A DNA stretch of 64,000 bases from Camelus ferus. Its lineage: Eukaryota. The notes under the pieces were generated by a model, which was given only the letters and a program-made list of their open reading frames with translations, had not been told where the DNA came from and did not search any database. The DNA is taken from NCBI RefSeq assembly GCF_009834535.1, contig NC_045697.1, forward strand, positions 83,020,001 to 83,084,000. Direction: 5' to 3'. Shown piece by piece: positions 1 to 14,839 of the stretch. Numbering within the stretch: position 1 is the stretch's first letter; each line of letters starts with the position of its first letter. Both the position numbers and the translations under genes were made by a program.

Positions 1-1510
1 ATATTCACATTTTCATAGACTGTTTTGCTAACTATAGCTAGATGATTTCCTGACATCAAGAGTAGTATTAAGAAAGAGGGCCAGACTGTATGAAAATACA
101 TCTATTCTCTTGCCATATGCTGGGTATTTTGATTTATTAACAATATTATATACAGCAAACAACTTTGCTGCTTTTACTTATTATTTCCATCTGTCAAACT
201 GGTACTCTCTGGGGTCAGCTGTAGAAAATTACTTCAAAGAGAATATTGCTTATAAACCTCTCTTTATATGTTATATACTTTGAATAAATGAAACACAATT
301 ATATTGTGATTAAGGAACTCCCTTTCAAAGCTGTTAAAGCATAATTCCTTATAAAAAATGTCTTGATTAAACATTAATTTATTGAAATTTAGTATAAAGT
401 TATCTTAGTCAAATAACATAGTTATCTTTAACTATGTTAGTCAAAAATATGAACAAATCTTCATTGTGTCTATCAGAATAGCATGTTAAAACTTCTGACT
501 TATAAGGATGCTTTCCTAGTTTAGAGAACAAAGTTAAAGTCTCTCTCATTAACCTTGAAGAGAGATTTCTTAACATGTTAATAAAAAACAACTCTTAGCT
601 GTGGGATGTCATATGAATAATAATAGGTCAGTTGGGGTACCTTATTGGATAAATTTAAGGAGAGTTGGTAACATTTCATCGCAATTGTTAGTTTGATAAG
701 CTTGTCACAATTGTCCTATCACCTACTCACTTGCTCTTTGTCACAGGTTTCAGACACGAATTTATAATTGCTGAAGTGAAATTAGCACTTGGCCTTTGAT
801 ATCCAAATTAAATTTGATTTAAAGTGGAAGTTACTTATTAATGGATGTATGTATATATTTGTATTTTTAAAAAGATTTTGGTATCTTTATACTACTGTCT
901 TGAATCTTTTCCATTTAAGATAACCAAGGTATGATTTTTAAAGCTTAAATAATATATGAAATGTGTTATATACACTCTATAGGACTCAAAAGTCAAAGTA
1001 CATTTACTGTGTCAAGATTTTACAAAGGCTAGTAGATAATATATAGTATTTTCAGTAAGAACGATAATTTGGCATTGCTAACTTTGTAATCTGCCTCTTA
1101 CAAATCTAGTTTCCACTCTTAAATGAGATTCCTCTTTGGGAAAAAGTTTTTTTCCTATTCTTAAATGACATATTTTTATAGTAATTTTTTCTTACATTGT
1201 TTCATCTCACATTTAAAGCTGTAACTTCTAAGTAGGAATGCTATTTTCATGAGCTGTTGGATACTTTTAGGGTGACCCAAGGGGCTACGTTTAGCCTGTA
1301 AATTTCCCACCTGACTTCAATTATTTAGATTCAAGTTAGTCTAATCAGTCTCTCACCCAGCAGTTTAGAATTAGGACTGAATAAATCTATTCCTTGAGAT
1401 TGAACAGTGTAAAAGATTCAATCAGTGGGTGGCTATATGTAAACAAAGCCGACAAGAGACAGTTTATAAAGGTAGGGGAGCAGAAAGTTCAGAAAGAAAA
1501 AGTAATACAG

Positions 1511-2935
1511 AGTTTCCTGTTTCTAGTCCAGCATGAAAGAAGTTTAGAAGTTGCCACTCCCTCCTAACAACAACTAAAAAGCTAAGCAAACTGAAAAATC
1601 AACAATTCTTCTTAGATCCATCAGATAAGTGAGGGAGGTCACAAGACAAATCACTCCTTCATCCAAATGGGAGAGACCAATAAATAAATACAGAGAATCA
1701 CAACTACCCAGAGCAGCAATCTCTGCAGGAAACACCATTAGGGCAGGGAAACCTAACTAATTTCTGGAGACTCAGTGGACAATTCTGGGAACTGAAAACT
1801 CCAGAGGGACCCAGTCATTGGGTGGGGGAGAGGGGGCTCCCATGCTTTTGAGTTTACCTCATAAATGTCTACAAAGTACAATGTTCTCATAGTCAATCTC
1901 AAAAAATTCATCTATACTTCTGGCACAAGGGGAGGAACCATTTGGAAATACCCAAGAGCATTCTGTCTTTCTTAACAAAGTCTGCTCTTAGGAGAAATTA
2001 TTTAAGCAGAGCATAAGCTCTTGGAGTTTTATCGGAGCCTAACTGACTTGGGGGAAGGGAAATACTCAATTCCAAGTGGTGCTAACATTCTGAGAAAAGG
2101 AAGGGAATTGCCCAACTCCAGCCCATTTGAGCCATTCTGTTCCACCTAGGGGTAGGGGACTGAGATGCATATGTGCAGTGAAGAGCCCAAAAGCACAGGC
2201 TCACTGAAAGACAAAAAATGAAAGAATGTATTGGAGTAGACCCGTCTTGCAAGAAATGTTAACAGAAGTTCTTTAGAGAGGGAAAATTACACAGATCAGA
2301 AACTCAGATAACTACATATAAAAGTAAGAACTTACTTTTCCTATTCTTAATTGAGCTAACAAATAAGTTTAAAATAATAGTAGCAACACTGTATTTGACT
2401 ATATATACGTGTGTGTATGTATATGCTTAAAATAAAATGAATGTCAACAACGAAGAATAGGAGGGAGCAATTAGAGTTGTCTTTGTTATTATGCATTTGT
2501 GTAAAGTGGTATAGTGCAAACTCTGGGACAACCACTAAAACAAATACACAGAGAAGTTTAAAAATGCAAAAGCCAAAAAAAGAATGGAAGACAAAAATAG
2601 AAACAACTAGGGCAAAAATAAGATCCAGTAACAAATAAGACAAATTTTAATTAAAATATATCAATTACTTTGGAAATGATCTAAATGTACCAATTTAATG
2701 TTATCAGAGTGGATCAAAAAACATGACCCAACTGTATGTTATCTATAAGAAACTCACTATAAATGTGATTAAATAGATAGATTAAATACATAGATTAGTG
2801 TTAACATGGTGTATCTTTCTCCACTTAATCAAAAGAAAGCAGGAATACCTATATTAATTTCCAGACAGAAAAGACTTCAGAGTAAGGAATACTGTCAAGG
2901 ATAGAGAAGGGCATTACATAATAGTAAAGGGGTCA
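1511..2935 (+). mobile_element. Old LINE-1 (L1MC-type), left part: 5'UTR, ORF1 C-terminal remnant, inter-ORF and start of ORF2 endonuclease
   Basis: 5'UTR resembles L1MCa and is paralogous to 40903-41554. Jumps to the ORF1 end at ~2212. EN N-terminal motif (KHDPT..CY..ETH-like) at ~2720-2757. Interrupted at a 13-bp TSD. Confidence 0.8.
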
Positions 2936-5900
2936 ACTAGCCTTCTCATCAGCAGACCAGACCCTGCCCTGGGACCAGCTGTGCCCACCCACTAGCAGAA
3001 AAGGTCAATGAAACTAAGTGCTGGTTCTTTGAAAAGATAAAGAAAATTGATAAACCTTTAGCCAGACTCACCAAAAACAAAACAAAACAAAACAAAAAAA
3101 AAAACCCCAAATCAATACAATCAGTAATGTAAAAAGATGTTATAACTGACACTACAGAAGACAAAGAATCATGACTACTATGAAAAATATGCCAATAAAA
3201 TGGACAACCTTGAAGAATTGTACAAATTCCTATAAATATACACTCCAATACTAAATGAGGAAGAAAGAGAAAATATGAACAGATCAATTAACAGTAATGA
3301 ATTTGAACCAGTAATTTTTAAAAATCCCAACAAACCAAAGTCCAGTAACAGACGGTTTGAGTTCTGTCAAATATTTAGAAAAGAGGTAACACCTATCCTC
3401 AAACTATTCCCAAAAATTGCGGAGGAAAGAATGCTTCCAGTGTAATTTTCTAAGGCCACCATCACTGGTTACCAAAGCCAAAGATATCACAGAAAAAGAA
3501 AGTTAGAGGCCAATATTACTGATGAATATAGATTCAAAAATTCTCAACAAAATATTAGCAAAATGAAACCCACAATACATCAGAATCCAACAATACATCA
3601 TACACCATGATCAATAGGGATTTATCTCAGGGATGCAAGGATTTTTCAATATTAGCAAATCAATGTGATATATCACATTGAAGAATAAAAACCATATGAT
3701 CATATCAATGGATGCTTTCAAGAAAACTCAACATTTATGATAAAAAAAAACCCCAGAAAGTGGGTATAGCGGAAATACACCCAAACATAATAAAAGTTAC
3801 ATATGACAAACCTATAGCTAACATCATACTCAGAGAAAAAGCTTTTAGCTTTTCACCAGTAAGTTCAGGAACCAAACAAGGATAACCTACCTTGCTACTT
3901 TTATTCAATATTGGAAGTCCTAGACTCAACGATTATACAAGAAAAAGAAATCTAAAACAGAAAGGAAGAAATAAAACTAGCACTGTTTGCAGATGACATG
4001 AATAGTATATACATAGAAAATCCTAAGTATGCAAATAGAAAACTACTAGAGCTCATCAATGAATTTGGTAAAGTTGCAGGATACAAAATTAATATACAGA
4101 AATCTGTTGCATTTCTATACACTCAAAATGAATTATCAGAAGTACAAGGAAGACAGTCCCATTTACAATCACATCAAAAAGAATAAAATACCTAGGAATA
4201 AAGCTATCTAAGGAGGTAAAAGACCCAGTTCTCAGAAATTAAAGATGACACAAACAAATGCATAGACATACTGTGTTCATGAATTGGAGGAATTAATATT
4301 GTTAAAAAGATGGTACTGTCAAAGGCAATCTATAGATTCAGTGCAATCCCTATCAAAATACCAAGCAAGGCATTCTTCACAGGACTAGAACAAATAATTT
4401 TAAAATTTGTATGGAAACACAAAAGACCCCAAATAACCAAAAGAATCTTGAGAAAGAAAAACAGAACTGGAGGAAGTACTCTCTGACTTCACAATATATT
4501 ATAAAACTACAGTTATCAACACAGTGTGGTACTCACATGAAAACAGACACACGGATCATTGGAACAAGATGAACATCCCAGAATTAAATGCACACACTTA
4601 TGGTCAATTAATCTACAACAAAGGAAGCAAGAATATACAATGGAGAAAAGACAGTGTCTTCAAAAATGGTGCTGGGAAAACTAGATAACTGCATGTAAAA
4701 GATGAAATTGGAACATTCTCTAACACCATATAGAAAAATAAACCCAAAATGGATTACAGACCTAAATATAAGACTGGAAACCATAAAGCCCCTAGAACAC
4801 AGATGGAGCACTCTTTGACATAAATTGTAGCAATATTTTTGGATCTGTCTTCTAAAGCAAAGGCTAATAGAGATGAAAATAAATAGGACCTAATTAAACT
4901 TAAAAACTTTTGCAAGGCAAAGAAAACCACTGGTAAAACTAAAAGACAGCCTACTGAATGGGAGAAAATATTTGCAAATGATATGACAGATAAAGGGTTA
5001 ATATCCAAAATATACAAACAGCCCATAGAATTCAATATCAAAAACAAACAACTCGATTAAAAAATGGGCAGAAGACCTGACTAGACATTTCCCAAGAAGA
5101 CATACAGATGGACAACAGGCACATAGAGATGCTCAACTCTGTTAATCATCAGAGAAATGCAAATTAAAACCACAATGAGATACAACCTCACACTCGTCAG
5201 AATTAATAGCTTCAAAAAGACCAAAAATTTAAATGCTGCAAGGATGTAGTTGAAGGGGAATGCTTATACACTGTTGGTGGGAATATAAATTAGTGCAGCC
5301 ATTTTGGAAAATAGTATGGAGATTTCCGAAAAACCTAAAAATATAACTGCATTATAACCCAGCAATTCCACTCCTGGATATATATCCAAAAGAAAAAAAA
5401 GAAAAACACTAATTTGAGAAGATACATACACTCTAATATTTATGGCAGCATTATTTACAATAGCCAAGATATGGATGCAACCTAAATGTCAATGAATGGA
5501 TGAATGGATAAAGAAGATACGGTTTACATATACAATGAAATATTACTCAGTCATAAAAATAAATGAAAGTTTGCATTTGCAATAACATGGATGGAATTGG
5601 AGTGTATTATACTAAAAGAAATAAGTCAGACATTGTATGATGTTAATTATAGGTAGTATCTAAAAAATAAATTAGTGAATATAACAAAAAAGAAATAGAA
5701 TCACAGATAAAGAGAATAAACTAGTGGTTACCAGTGGAGAGAGGGAAGGGTGGAGAGGCAACATAGGCGTAGGGGATTGAGAGCTACAAACTACTATGTA
5801 TAAAATAAATAAACTACAATGTTATATAGTACAATACAGGAAATTTAGTCAGTATTTTATAATTATAAATGAAATATAACCTTTAAAAATTGTGAATCAC

Positions 5901-5979
5901 TGTTGTACATCTGAAACTTTTATAATATTGTACACCAAATATAGCTCAATAAAAAAAGATAAAGTGATTTTTAAAAAAA
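2936..5979 (+). mobile_element. Younger artiodactyl-type LINE-1 inserted into the L1MC endonuclease region; decayed ORF2 RT, C-terminus, 3'UTR and A tail
   Basis: TSD AGTAAAGGGGTCA at 2923-2935 and 5980-5992. RT motif FADDM at 3986-4000. ORF 3998-4186 ([33 protein letters not shown]) is L1 ORF2. Many stops and frameshifts. Confidence 0.93.
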
Positions 5980-8900
5980 AGTAAAGGGGTCAGTTCTCAA
6001 AGAAAACATAACAATCCTTAAAGTATATGTGCATAACAATAGGGTGTCAAAATATGTGAGACAAACACTGATTAAACAGGAAATAAAGATGAATTTGCAA
6101 TTATAGTTGGAGACTTCTATACTGCTCAGTCAGAAATGGACAGTACTAGCTAGCAGAATATCATTAAGATTACGTTGGAACTCAACAACACTATTGCTCA
6201 AACCAGTATAATGAACATCTATAGACTACTTCATCCAGTAACAGCAGCATATACATTCCTCTCAAGTTCACATGAAACATTCACCAACATAAACCACAAC
6301 CTGGGCTACAAAACACAACTTAACAAATTTAAAATAATAGAAATCATACAATGTCTGCTGTAAGATCACAATGGAATTAAACTAGATATCAATAATGGAA
6401 AGATAACTGGAATATCCCAAAATGCTGGGAGATTATACAAAACATTTCTAAATAATACATAAGCTAAAAAAAGAAATCTTAAGAGAAATTGAATATTCTA
6501 AACTAAAGGAATATGAAAACACAACTTACCAAAATGTGTGGGATGCAGCAAAAGCAGTCATTAGAGTGAAATGCGTTGAATGCCTATATTAGAAAAGATC
6601 CAAAATTGACAATTTTAGATCTACCTTAGGAAGGAAAAAAAAAAAAAAAAAAAGAACAAATGAAATCCAGAGTAAGAAGACAATAAAAAAATTAAAGGAG
6701 AAATCATAGAAATTAAAAATAGGAAATAAACAGAAAATAATCAACAAAACCAAAAGTTGATTCTTTGAAAAGATTAATAAAATCAGCAAGTCTCTAGCCA
6801 GGCTAACTATGAAAAAAGAGAGCACACAAATTATTAATATCAGAAATTAAAGAGGAGATGTCACTATAGATGCTATGCATATTAAAAGGATAAGGTATAT
6901 TATAAACAACTCTATGCCCACAAGTTTAAAAACACAGGTAAAACAGACAAATGTCTTTTCTTGAAAGACACAATCTGCTAAAACTCACTCAAGAAGAAAA
7001 AGACAATCTGATTAGTACTATATCTATCAAAAAAACTGACTAAATAATTAACAACCATCCAAACAGAAAGTCTGAAACCCAGATGAGTTCACTGGTGAAT
7101 TTTACCAAACATTTAAGGAATAAATTATACCAATATTCTACAAACTCTTCCAAAACATAGAAGCAGACAGAATACTTCCTAATTCATTCTATGAGGCCAG
7201 CATTACCCTAATACCAAAATGAGAGCAAGGCATTACACTAAAAAAGAAAACTAGCACAGTAGCTTTCAAAAACAGAGATGCAAAAATTCTCAATATTAGC
7301 AAATGAATCCAACAATGCATAAAAAGAATTATACACCATGACCAAATGTGAATTATTCAGATATCCAAGTCTGGAATGACATTTCAAAATAAATTTATTA
7401 TTACTGTTGTTGTTGTTAGTTTAATCCACCACAGCAACAGGAGAAAGAAAAAAATCATGTGATCATATCAATAATGCAGAAAGACATCTGACAAAATTCA
7501 ACATTCATTCATGATAAAAAAAAATACTTAGATGAGAATGAAATGCACATTCCACAATTTGATTAAGAAAATCTACAGTAAATCTACAGCCAAAATCATA
7601 CTTAGTGTAACGAGCTCAAATTTCCTCACTAAAATCAGTTAGAAGGAAAGGATATACCCTCTCACCACTGCTTCTCAACATTGTGCTGGAAGCCCTAGCT
7701 AATGAAATCAGAAAAGAAGAAATTAAATGCATACTGAGAAGGAAGAAAACTCAAATGACATAACTGTATGAGTAGAAAATTGTAAAAATAAATAAGACTT
7801 CTGGAACTAACATGTGATTATATCAATGTTGTTAGACACAAGGTTAATATACAAAACTCAATCACTTTCCTATATACCAATAATGAATGAACAACTACAA
7901 TTTGAAATTAAGACAAATACCATTTACATTAGCACTGAAGAAAATGAAATACTTAAGTAAAAATCTAACAAAATATGGACAAGAGCTATATGAGGAAAAT
8001 AACTCTGATGAATGAAATAAAATAAAACTAAATAAACTGAGAGATATTCCATGTTTATGGCTAGGAAGACTTTATATTGTCAACATTTCAGTTAATCCCA
8101 TCTTGATCTGTAGCTTCCATGGACTGCTAATAAAAATCCCAGCATGTTGTCTTATGGATACTGACAAACAGATTCTAAAGTATATACTAAGAGGCAAAAG
8201 ACTCAGAATAGCTAACACAATATTGAAAGAGGAGAATAAAATTGGAGGACCAACACTACTGAACCTTAAGAGTTGCTAGAAAGTTACAGTAATCAAGGCA
8301 GTATGGTACCTTGAAATAACAAATAGATCATTGGAACAGAAGAGAGAAACCAGATATAGACCCATATAAATACAGTCAACTAATCTTTGACAAAGAAGCC
8401 AAGGCTATATAATGTAGCAAAGATAATTTCTTCAACAAATGGTATTGGAACAACTGGACATCCATATCAAAAAAATTTAATCTAGACACTGACTTTATAC
8501 TCTTCACAAATATTAACTCAAGATGTGTCACATTTAATTTATCTAAATGTAAAATTAAAAATGATAAAACTCCTAAAAGATAACAGAGGATAAAACTTAG
8601 AAGACCTTGAGTAGGGCAATGACTTTTTAGATACAACACCAAAGGCATAACCATGGAAGAAAGAATGGGTAAGTTGGATTTTATTAAAACTAAAAAGTGC
8701 TCTATGAAAGACAATGTGAAGATAATAAGATGAGCCACAGACTAGGAGAAAATATTTAAAACAAACAAACAAAACACATCTGATAAAGGACTGTTATCTA
8801 ATATATACAGAGAACTCTTAAAACTCAACAGTAAGAAAACAAACAATCCAATTAAAAGTTGGGCCAAAGACCTTAAAAGACACCTCACTAAACAAGATAT

Positions 8901-9210
8901 ATAAATGGCAAATATGCATATGAAAAGATGCTCTATGTAATATGTTACCAGAGAATTAGAAATTACAACAAAAAGAAATACTACTACACACCTATTAGAA
9001 TGACCAAATACTGAAACACTGACAACGCCAAATGTTGCCAATGATATCGAGCAACAGGAGCTCTCATTCATTGCTAGTGGAAGTACCAAACGGTACAGCT
9101 GCTGTGCAAGACAGTTTGGAGCTTTCTTGCAAAACTACACTCATTCTTACCATATGATCACAAAAGCACACTCTTTGGTATTTTAGTAAATGAGTTGAAA
9201 ACTCATGTGC
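5980..9210 (+). mobile_element. Old LINE-1 (L1MC-type), right part: remainder of ORF2, 3' end missing
   Basis: EN sequence resumes directly after the TSD (..VGDF.. at ~6105; ORF 6175-6363 YRLLHP..AYTFLSSSHETFTNINH). Continues through RT and the C-terminus, ending without 3'UTR or polyA. Confidence 0.88.
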
Positions 9211-9229
9211 CCAGATGTCTGAGTATCTC

Positions 9230-9540
9230 TATTGACGTGCTCCTCTTTCCAACTTGTACCATAAACTCTCGCCATTTCAGCAACTGCAAACACCTGTTTC
9301 TTCCTCTTCAAATCACTCTGCCTGGGCTTCTCTGTTCCTGTACCACCCTGGAAAATTGACACCAGACAGGGAAAAGTAGGGTTCACCTAATGTATTCCTT
9401 CTTCTCAAAGGTGACATGAGTGTGTTCTCTGGTGTACAGTATCTGTAAACAGTTTCTTCATATATTTCATCAATATACTTCTTTATCACAAGAAGGGAAT
9501 TCTGAAACCAGCTACTCTACTCTGTTACAGCCAGGAATCC
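9230..9540 (-). mobile_element. Ancient L1ME-type 5' end fragment
   Basis: Resembles the reverse complement of L1ME 5' ends (..ctgtaaacagtttcttcatatattt..ccagctactc..). Confidence 0.5.
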
Positions 9541-9699
9541 CCTTACCTCCATGCTAGCTAGGCCTGTCATTTTTGTCATTTTGTGTCTGCTTAAATGTCA
9601 CTATTTCTGATTATCCTACACAATGCCATACCTGTTTAGTGACTCCTCCTCAAATCACTATTTTTGACACTTCTCATCTTACTTTTTGAGAATGCACTC

Positions 9700-10140
9700 T
9701 AGAGTAATGATTAAAGTTACAGAGCATGAAACAGGATGGCCAAAGTCTGCATGTCAGCTTCAGTATTTAGTGTGTAGCTTTGCTAAGTCACTCTTTGTTA
9801 AGTGAGCCTTGGCTAATACTATATACTGTTTCATAATTCATAAAATTAGATTATAATTATGGTACTTACCACATATGTTTTTGTTGAATTTAATGACATT
9901 ATATATATATAAACATTTAAAAACACATAGTACCAAATAAATGTTGGCTACACAGTATTCCCCATAGAGTTATTATTTTTAATTATATATACATTTCATA
10001 GTTATTTTACTAGCCCTTTTATTAGAATGTAACTATATGACAGCTGGGAACTTGTTTATTAATCACTTTATAACAAAAACCTAATAAAGTGCTTTGAACA
10101 CAGTAGGAAGTATTAAATGTTTTTGAATGAACACATGAAT
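9700..10140 (+). mobile_element. Degenerate MIR SINE followed by an L2 3' end
   Basis: MIR-like core at ~9740-9950. L2 tail (ttagaatgtaa..acacagtaggaagtattaaatgtttttgaatgaa) at ~10020-10135. Confidence 0.55.
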
Positions 10141-10259
10141 ATATTTGAACAAACTTAATATATTCACTAAGAGAAGATATATGTATGTATTAATTACAAT
10201 GGGGTTATCAAAGTAATCTGTAACTGAACATAAGAATCTATGCCAGTTAAGGCAGAAGT

Positions 10260-10765
10260 TGGTTGCCTTGCTTTTTCCTTAATACTTTTGAGATTTATCC
10301 ATGTTATTGCAAGTATTGGTAATTTGTTCAATATTACTGAGTAGTATTTCATTTTATGGATATAAAGCAAGTTGTTTAGTGACCCTCCAGTTGATGAACA
10401 TTTGAATGGTTTCTACTTTTTGGATATTATACATAAAGCTTCTTTTTGTAGATAAGATTTTATTTATCCTCGGAATGAAATTATTTATCTAGGAATGAAA
10501 TTGCTGTTATCAGTTTTCCAAAATGGTATTAACTTTTAACACTCCTACCAGAAATATTATGAGTGTTTCACTTGTTTTCATTCATTGTCAACTATTGGTG
10601 TTCCCAAATTTTGTTATTCTAGGAAGTTTAGTCTATTTTTGAAATGGTATCCAAGATAGTTTTAATTTACATTTCCTGGGTTACTAGTAAACTTGGGGAT
10701 ATTTTCTTGTGATTGATCAATGGCCATTCATACATTTTCTTTGGTGAAGTGTCTGTCTGTTCAAA
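10260..10765 (-). mobile_element. Ancient L1M 3' fragment, minus orientation
   Basis: Antisense L1 signature (ttttgagatttatccatgtt..tactgagtagtattt..ttggtgaagtgtctgt..ttcaaa). Confidence 0.7.
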
Positions 10766-13449
10766 AAGTAGAGATGACAAAATTAAGGACTTAATGAGAT
10801 GCCAGAGAACAGATGTCATCATCTAGTTGGTTTTGAAAAAATTACCTATCTGAAAAGGAAAAGCTATGGAAAATTATTTCGGCAGTTCTTTACTCCCTCT
10901 ATTTTAAGGCTTAGGTCTATCGCTTTTAGCAACAGCATTATTTCTGCTTATGAAATATGACTAAACGACTGGTGCCTAAAGTGTCTCTTGCACATGCAAC
11001 GCTAATGCAGGCCAGCACCAGATTTCCTGAATAGCTTCTTCAATGCAGATTTTAAAATCAATAAATACAATAAAGCTGATAACTGAAAAACAGTGCATCT
11101 GTTGCTGGATTGACCTAGGATTTAATTATTTGTAAAGAATAAAAGAAAATAGAAAAATTTGAATTTCAAACTGCATTTACAGTTATGGGTTGACACCCAA
11201 GGATTCAAAATGTAAATGATTACAAACTATCATTCAAAAGAATTTCAGATGATTTTGTTGTACTGTCCTTTAGAGTTCTAAGTCATAACCTTCTCATGTC
11301 AAGTAACCTTGTTATTTACTTTTGATTTGGTTATTTTAAATTGAATCCCATGTGGGAATTACCATTTAACTAACATAGTGAAACTATTTCTACATATTTT
11401 ATATTGAGGGGTTGTTAATAAGATAACAAATAATTTAATCTTAGTCTAAGATTATTACATTCTTGAATTTCTTTAATAGTGCAACATTTAATTAATTAAA
11501 ATAATTAACATTAGAATCCCAAGATTTGCCTTGTTAATCAAGTTTTGTTGGAAATTTTGACATAAATTATAGAGTGGATAATTTAATTGCAACTGTTTTA
11601 GAGGTATGATACCATTTCTCACTTATGACTATTATAAGATATTGGTAATTAAAGAACATATATTAAAAAGTACATATGATGGATATTAGAGTGGAAATAA
11701 AAGTACAGTATTTAATAAGTTATTACAGAATATCCCAACTTTACTGAATGAACACACTGTACATATGCATACAAATTACAGATTTTGAAAGTAATGAAAA
11801 GACTAATAAAATGGAGAGTATGGAGATTCATGTTTCTTAAATTCTATTAAAACTTTGAGTCAACCTTTTAAAATATTTATATTTGGAGGATTATAATATT
11901 GTGATCAATGAATTCCTTGACAAATACCCCATTTGAGTTGATGGGGAGGACACTGGAAGACACTGCAAAATCTATCATTTGAAAAATATTCCACTACAAT
12001 TTTATGATTTCTCTTAGTGAGAGAGCTTTGCTTTCCTGCTCATTGCAGAATCCAGGATCATCAGTTTCTAGAACAGAACCATACACATACTGGGAGATCT
12101 ATAAATAAATGGGGGATAAATTAAAGATGACTCCATTAACAAGCCTATTCTTGTTTAAAGATCATTTAAGCAAATCTCTGTTCATCAAAACACACACTAC
12201 TTCAAGCTGATATTACATTAAATGGCTTATGTTAAATAAAATTCTTTGGAAATGTACTTAATTCCTGAAACTAAACTCTGCAAAAAACATCACTGATTTG
12301 TGCTTTACGCAGACAGTATTCCAGTTCACTTTCTCAAACAACTTGCAACTTACTAGGAGGAAATTGCATGCATCCTACTAAGTTTAGTTTAAGTGAAATC
12401 CATATATTCTATAAGAGAAGTATAAAAATCTCTGGTATTTAAAGAATGAAAAATGTATTCTATAATATAGACTTCAAGATGAGGAGGAAGGAAGGGTGTG
12501 TAATGTTGGCTCTTGATAGATGAGTCAGAAATACGGAAAGTAACATGTGACAAGACAGAAGAAAAGCATAGCACGTGTCCAGGGAGTAGTATTTAATCAA
12601 TCTGGGTTTATAACTTGAGACTTAATACACAGCAACCCTTTCTGAGGCTAGTATGAGTGGTTTCTTTGAAAGGGCTGAAGTCAGTGGTGGAAGACAGGTG
12701 AGCAAACAAATGCTTGTTGGAGGCCGTGAGGCAAGAGACAGAGAAGCTCTTAAGCACATTAGGGGCCTTGTTGATAAAAATTAATCAGTTGCAGTAATTC
12801 AAAAACTAAATCACCCAAAATGTAAAATTTGTCAACAACTGATACAGGAGGAGAAGCTATTGCAAATGCTGATGTTTTGAAACTTTGTGGGTGGTGTCAT
12901 TTAAGAGAACTAGCTAGGACAGAGGGGAATCTATTTTGGTAGTGGTTGTTGGATTTAATTCTGGTTCTGTTGAGTTTGAAGTACTGAGACATGAATTTGA
13001 CCCTGGGATATTTTACACACCTTAGATTTCAAATGGACCTTTACTGAAAATGTCAAGTGATATGTAGACCCATAGAATTGAGCACTATTGTATCTTTCCC
13101 TATATATTTTTTACTTTTCTTTACTTCACGAATTGAGTCTTTCTAGTCTCTAGCCTCCTTTTTTTTCCCAATTAATTTGACTCAGGATAAAATATGGTGT
13201 TTAATATTTAAACTTTAAAATGAACCAATTTAATTGTGTGTTTAAATGTTCTGTTAACTTTGATTCTAATGAAAACCTATAATTACATGTTTAATATTTA
13301 GTAAATTTATACAGATGCAATGTATTACTGGAAGAAGACTGTGAACTAAACAAGAAAACTGCCTTGGTAAACCTGGTCTTAAAGCAGCACTTCCTGTACT
13401 TTATTTAATTTTATATTTGCATTTTATTCATATAAGCCACTCTCTCTCA

Positions 13450-13765
13450 TGGAAATCTCTTCCTCCCACTCTTCTCATCCTTTCCTCTTATTTTTCAAAG
13501 CTCAGCTAAAATTAAACTCCTAAGCCAGGCTCTCAAAAGCCCAATATAATCTCCTCTGTTATTTTCTGACTCATCAGAGTTGTCACTTTTTATGATTACA
13601 TGTCTTCTAATATGGGTAAATGTTTATTTCCTAAGTCACCACCAGCCTGTAAACTCATGAAGACAGAGGTGGTATCTGTTTTGTTTACAAATGTAAAATC
13701 AACACCTAACTTGGTGTCTCTTCATAAGGAGAATTTAACATATTTTTGAGTGACTGAATGAATAC
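13450..13765 (+). mobile_element. L2 3' fragment
   Basis: ctgtaaactcatgaagacagagg..gtctgttttgttt-like segment ending in a tgactgaatgaat tail. Confidence 0.55.
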
Positions 13766-14839
13766 TGGTGGGAAAACCAGTAAAATACAAACCTCATGCC
13801 CTACTAAGTAATTTATTCAACATACACCTGTTCTGATACTTAAGTGTCTGATTTCCAAGAATATTAAGCATGTGTGGCAGATATGAACAACTTTATCATG
13901 ACAGTTATCATATATTATAGCTCAGTTAAATTTTGATAAATATATGAGTCTCTCAAAATCTGAATACTCCATTTGCAAGCTGCTCTCCATTTCCTCTTAA
14001 AATCTTCTCCATTAACTATTATGTACCTTCAAGTTGGCACTGCCATATTTTAAGTGATTCTAGGTCGTGCCAATCATATGGAAGAGAAGAAGCTTTGCTT
14101 GTGACTGTTTGGGTTTCGTAATTAATTTGAGTAGCTTGAAGTACGGTTTGTTCATGGAGTCATTGGAGAGGCATAATATTATTAAAAGCCAGATGGCAGT
14201 ACAATTTACATTGCCTAGCAGGCCCCAAATCATCTCCTAGTAGAACATTATGAAAATGGTTTTAGTTCCCCTCAGTAATTACCAATTCAAATAATCTCAC
14301 TTTTATTCTAATTTTATAAATGACAAGTATATTGCTATCTGAAATTCTTTTTTTTTTTATTTGATGTAACATTGATCTTTTTGGCAAGTGAATTCATTTA
14401 CTAGGCATATCTTATAATGTTTAAATAGGAAATTAAAAGATACAGCAATCAAATTACTTGAAAAGTAGAAATTCCTAGATATGTTTCTCAACACATAAAA
14501 TTCCCTTTCTTATTTTACTTTGGTCATTTATTCTTTATTTCATTTATAACAGGTATTTTTATAATTCAGTATGGCTTGGTATCTCCAGAGAATCATATTC
14601 TCAAAAATATTCATTTTATTGTGCATTTCTTTACATACAGTGTTTGCCATAATCAGCAAAGAACAAATGTTCCAATTATGCTATCAAATGGAATATAAGA
14701 TTACCTTACTTCAAAGGGTGCATTAATTTGGCTAGATTGTAAGAATGTCTTTTAACAAAATATATCACACTGGAGAAAACACATTTTCTTAGGACATTAT
14801 CTAAGATGTTATAGACAGGATCTGAGAAACCTATATAAT

